IMG/VR virus record: IMGVR_UViG_3300014614_000024
Coordinates: 1 to 37,985 of that record
Source: a virus
Lineage: Duplodnaviria > Heunggongvirae > Uroviricota > Caudoviricetes
DNA length: 37,985 bases
Strand: one strand, 5' to 3'
A model generated the notes under the pieces. It was not told the DNA's origin. It saw only the letters and a program-made list of their open reading frames with translations, and made no database searches. The position numbers were made by a program, and so were the translations under genes. This document shows positions 36,933-37,985 of this stretch, piece after piece. Numbering within the stretch: position 1 is the stretch's first letter; each line of letters starts with the position of its first letter.

Positions 36933-37985
36933 ATGGCAGTACGAAAACTCATCACAGGAAAATGGCTATGCGAATGTTACCCCGCGGGACGTAGTGGACG
37001 TCGTGTGCGTAAACAATTCGCCACCAAAGGTGAAGCTCTGGCTTTTGAGCGTCACACGATGGAAGAAACCGAAGCAAAGCCCTGGCTGGGTGAATCAGTG
37101 GATCGTCGAACACTGAAAGACGTGGTTGAGCTATGGTTCAAACTACATGGTAAATCTCTGACAGCTGGGCAGCATGTCTATGACAAATTGCTGTTGATAG
37201 TTGACGCTCTGGGCAATCCCCTTGCAACCGATCTCACCTCTAAAATGTTTGCCCACTATCGAGATAAACGCCTGACAGGAGAGATCTACTTCAGCGAAAA
37301 ATGGAAGAAAGGAGCAAGCCCGGTCACCATTAACCTGGAGCAAAGCTATCTTAGTAGTGTTTTTAGCGAACTATCCCGCCTGGGCGAATGGTCGTATCCG
37401 AACCCACTGGAGAACATGCGAAAATTCACCATCGCTGAAAAAGAGATGGCATGGCTTACCCATGAGCAGATTGTTGAATTACTGGCTGATTGCAAACGTC
37501 AGGACCCAATTCTGGCACTGGTAGTTAAGATATGCTTAAGCACAGGCGCACGCTGGCGAGAAGCCGTAAATCTTACTCGTTCACAGGTGACCAAATACCG
37601 AATTACCTTTGTAAGAACGAAGGGGAAGAAAAACAGAAGCATCCCTATCAGTAAAGAGCTTTACGAAGAGATCATGGCGCTTGATGGGTTCAATTTCTTC
37701 ACAGACTGCTATTTTCAATTTTTATCCGTGATGGAAAAAACGTCTATCGTGCTCCCTCGCGGTCAACTCACACACGTTCTGCGCCATACGTTTGCGGCGC
37801 ACTTCATGATGTCGGGTGGAAACATCCTGGCCTTACAAAAAATTCTCGGACATCACGATATAAAAATGACGATGCGTTACGCACATCTGGCACCGGATCA
37901 TCTGGAAACGGCGCTCCGTTTCAATCCTCTGGCAACGCTGCCAAGTGGCGACAAAGTGGCGGCAGCGGTTGGCATTACCCCGTAA
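36933..37985 (+). CDS. int: tyrosine integrase (P2/186 type)
   Basis: 350 aa from ATG 36933 (MAVRKLITGKW..., compare P2 Int MAIKKLDDGRY...); C-terminal catalytic region with HxxR and Y (VLRHTFAAH...MTMRYAHL); stop codon is the last 3 nt of the window. Confidence 0.85.
   Translation: MAVRKLITGKWLCECYPAGRSGRRVRKQFATKGEALAFERHTMEETEAKPWLGESVDRRTLKDVVELWFKLHGKSLTAGQHVYDKLLLIVDALGNPLATDLTSKMFAHYRDKRLTGEIYFSEKWKKGASPVTINLEQSYLSSVFSELSRLGEWSYPNPLENMRKFTIAEKEMAWLTHEQIVELLADCKRQDPILALVVKICLSTGARWREAVNLTRSQVTKYRITFVRTKGKKNRSIPISKELYEEIMALDGFNFFTDCYFQFLSVMEKTSIVLPRGQLTHVLRHTFAAHFMMSGGNILALQKILGHHDIKMTMRYAHLAPDHLETALRFNPLATLPSGDKVAAAVGITP

Larger units (their letters stand above)
2856..37985 (-). mobile_element. 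P2/186-family prophage (minimal extent; continues beyond the window edge)
   Basis: collinear P2-type late gene set, 186-type early/immunity genes and a tyrosine integrase; the host-proximal junction must lie in 2621-2855 and the int-proximal junction is outside the window. Confidence 0.9.

Overview
The first ~2.6 kb is Escherichia-type chromosomal backbone (grxA, ybjM, ybjL). From ~2.8 kb to the window edge (which coincides with the integrase stop codon) lies an apparently complete P2/186-family (peduovirus-like) prophage. Its late region is collinear with P2: ogr-D-U-T-E/E'-FII-FI-G-H-I-J-W-V-S-R-lysC/B/A-K-Y-X-L-M-N-O on the minus strand, with P and Q divergent on the plus strand. The early and immunity region is 186-like (A, dam, TraR-like, cII, apl, CI-like repressor, int). 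Three things stand out as cargo or departures from the canonical P2/186 layout. (1) An AT-rich accessory island around a putative cos site carries a HipA-like kinase + HIRAN-domain operon, a lone Mrr-cat-like nuclease gene, an ASCH-domain gene and an SOS-box-controlled small-ORF/DinI-like pair. (2) A second AT-rich island sits between the repressor gene and int and encodes a soluble 349-aa protein plus a 4-TM 201-aa membrane protein, the same architecture and position as lambda rexA/rexB. (3) The CI-like repressor carries a tandem duplication of its N-terminal DNA-binding domain. All calls rest on reading the supplied ORF translations and sequence by eye; no database search or HMM scan was run, so family assignments from recalled homologs are recognition-level, not computed.
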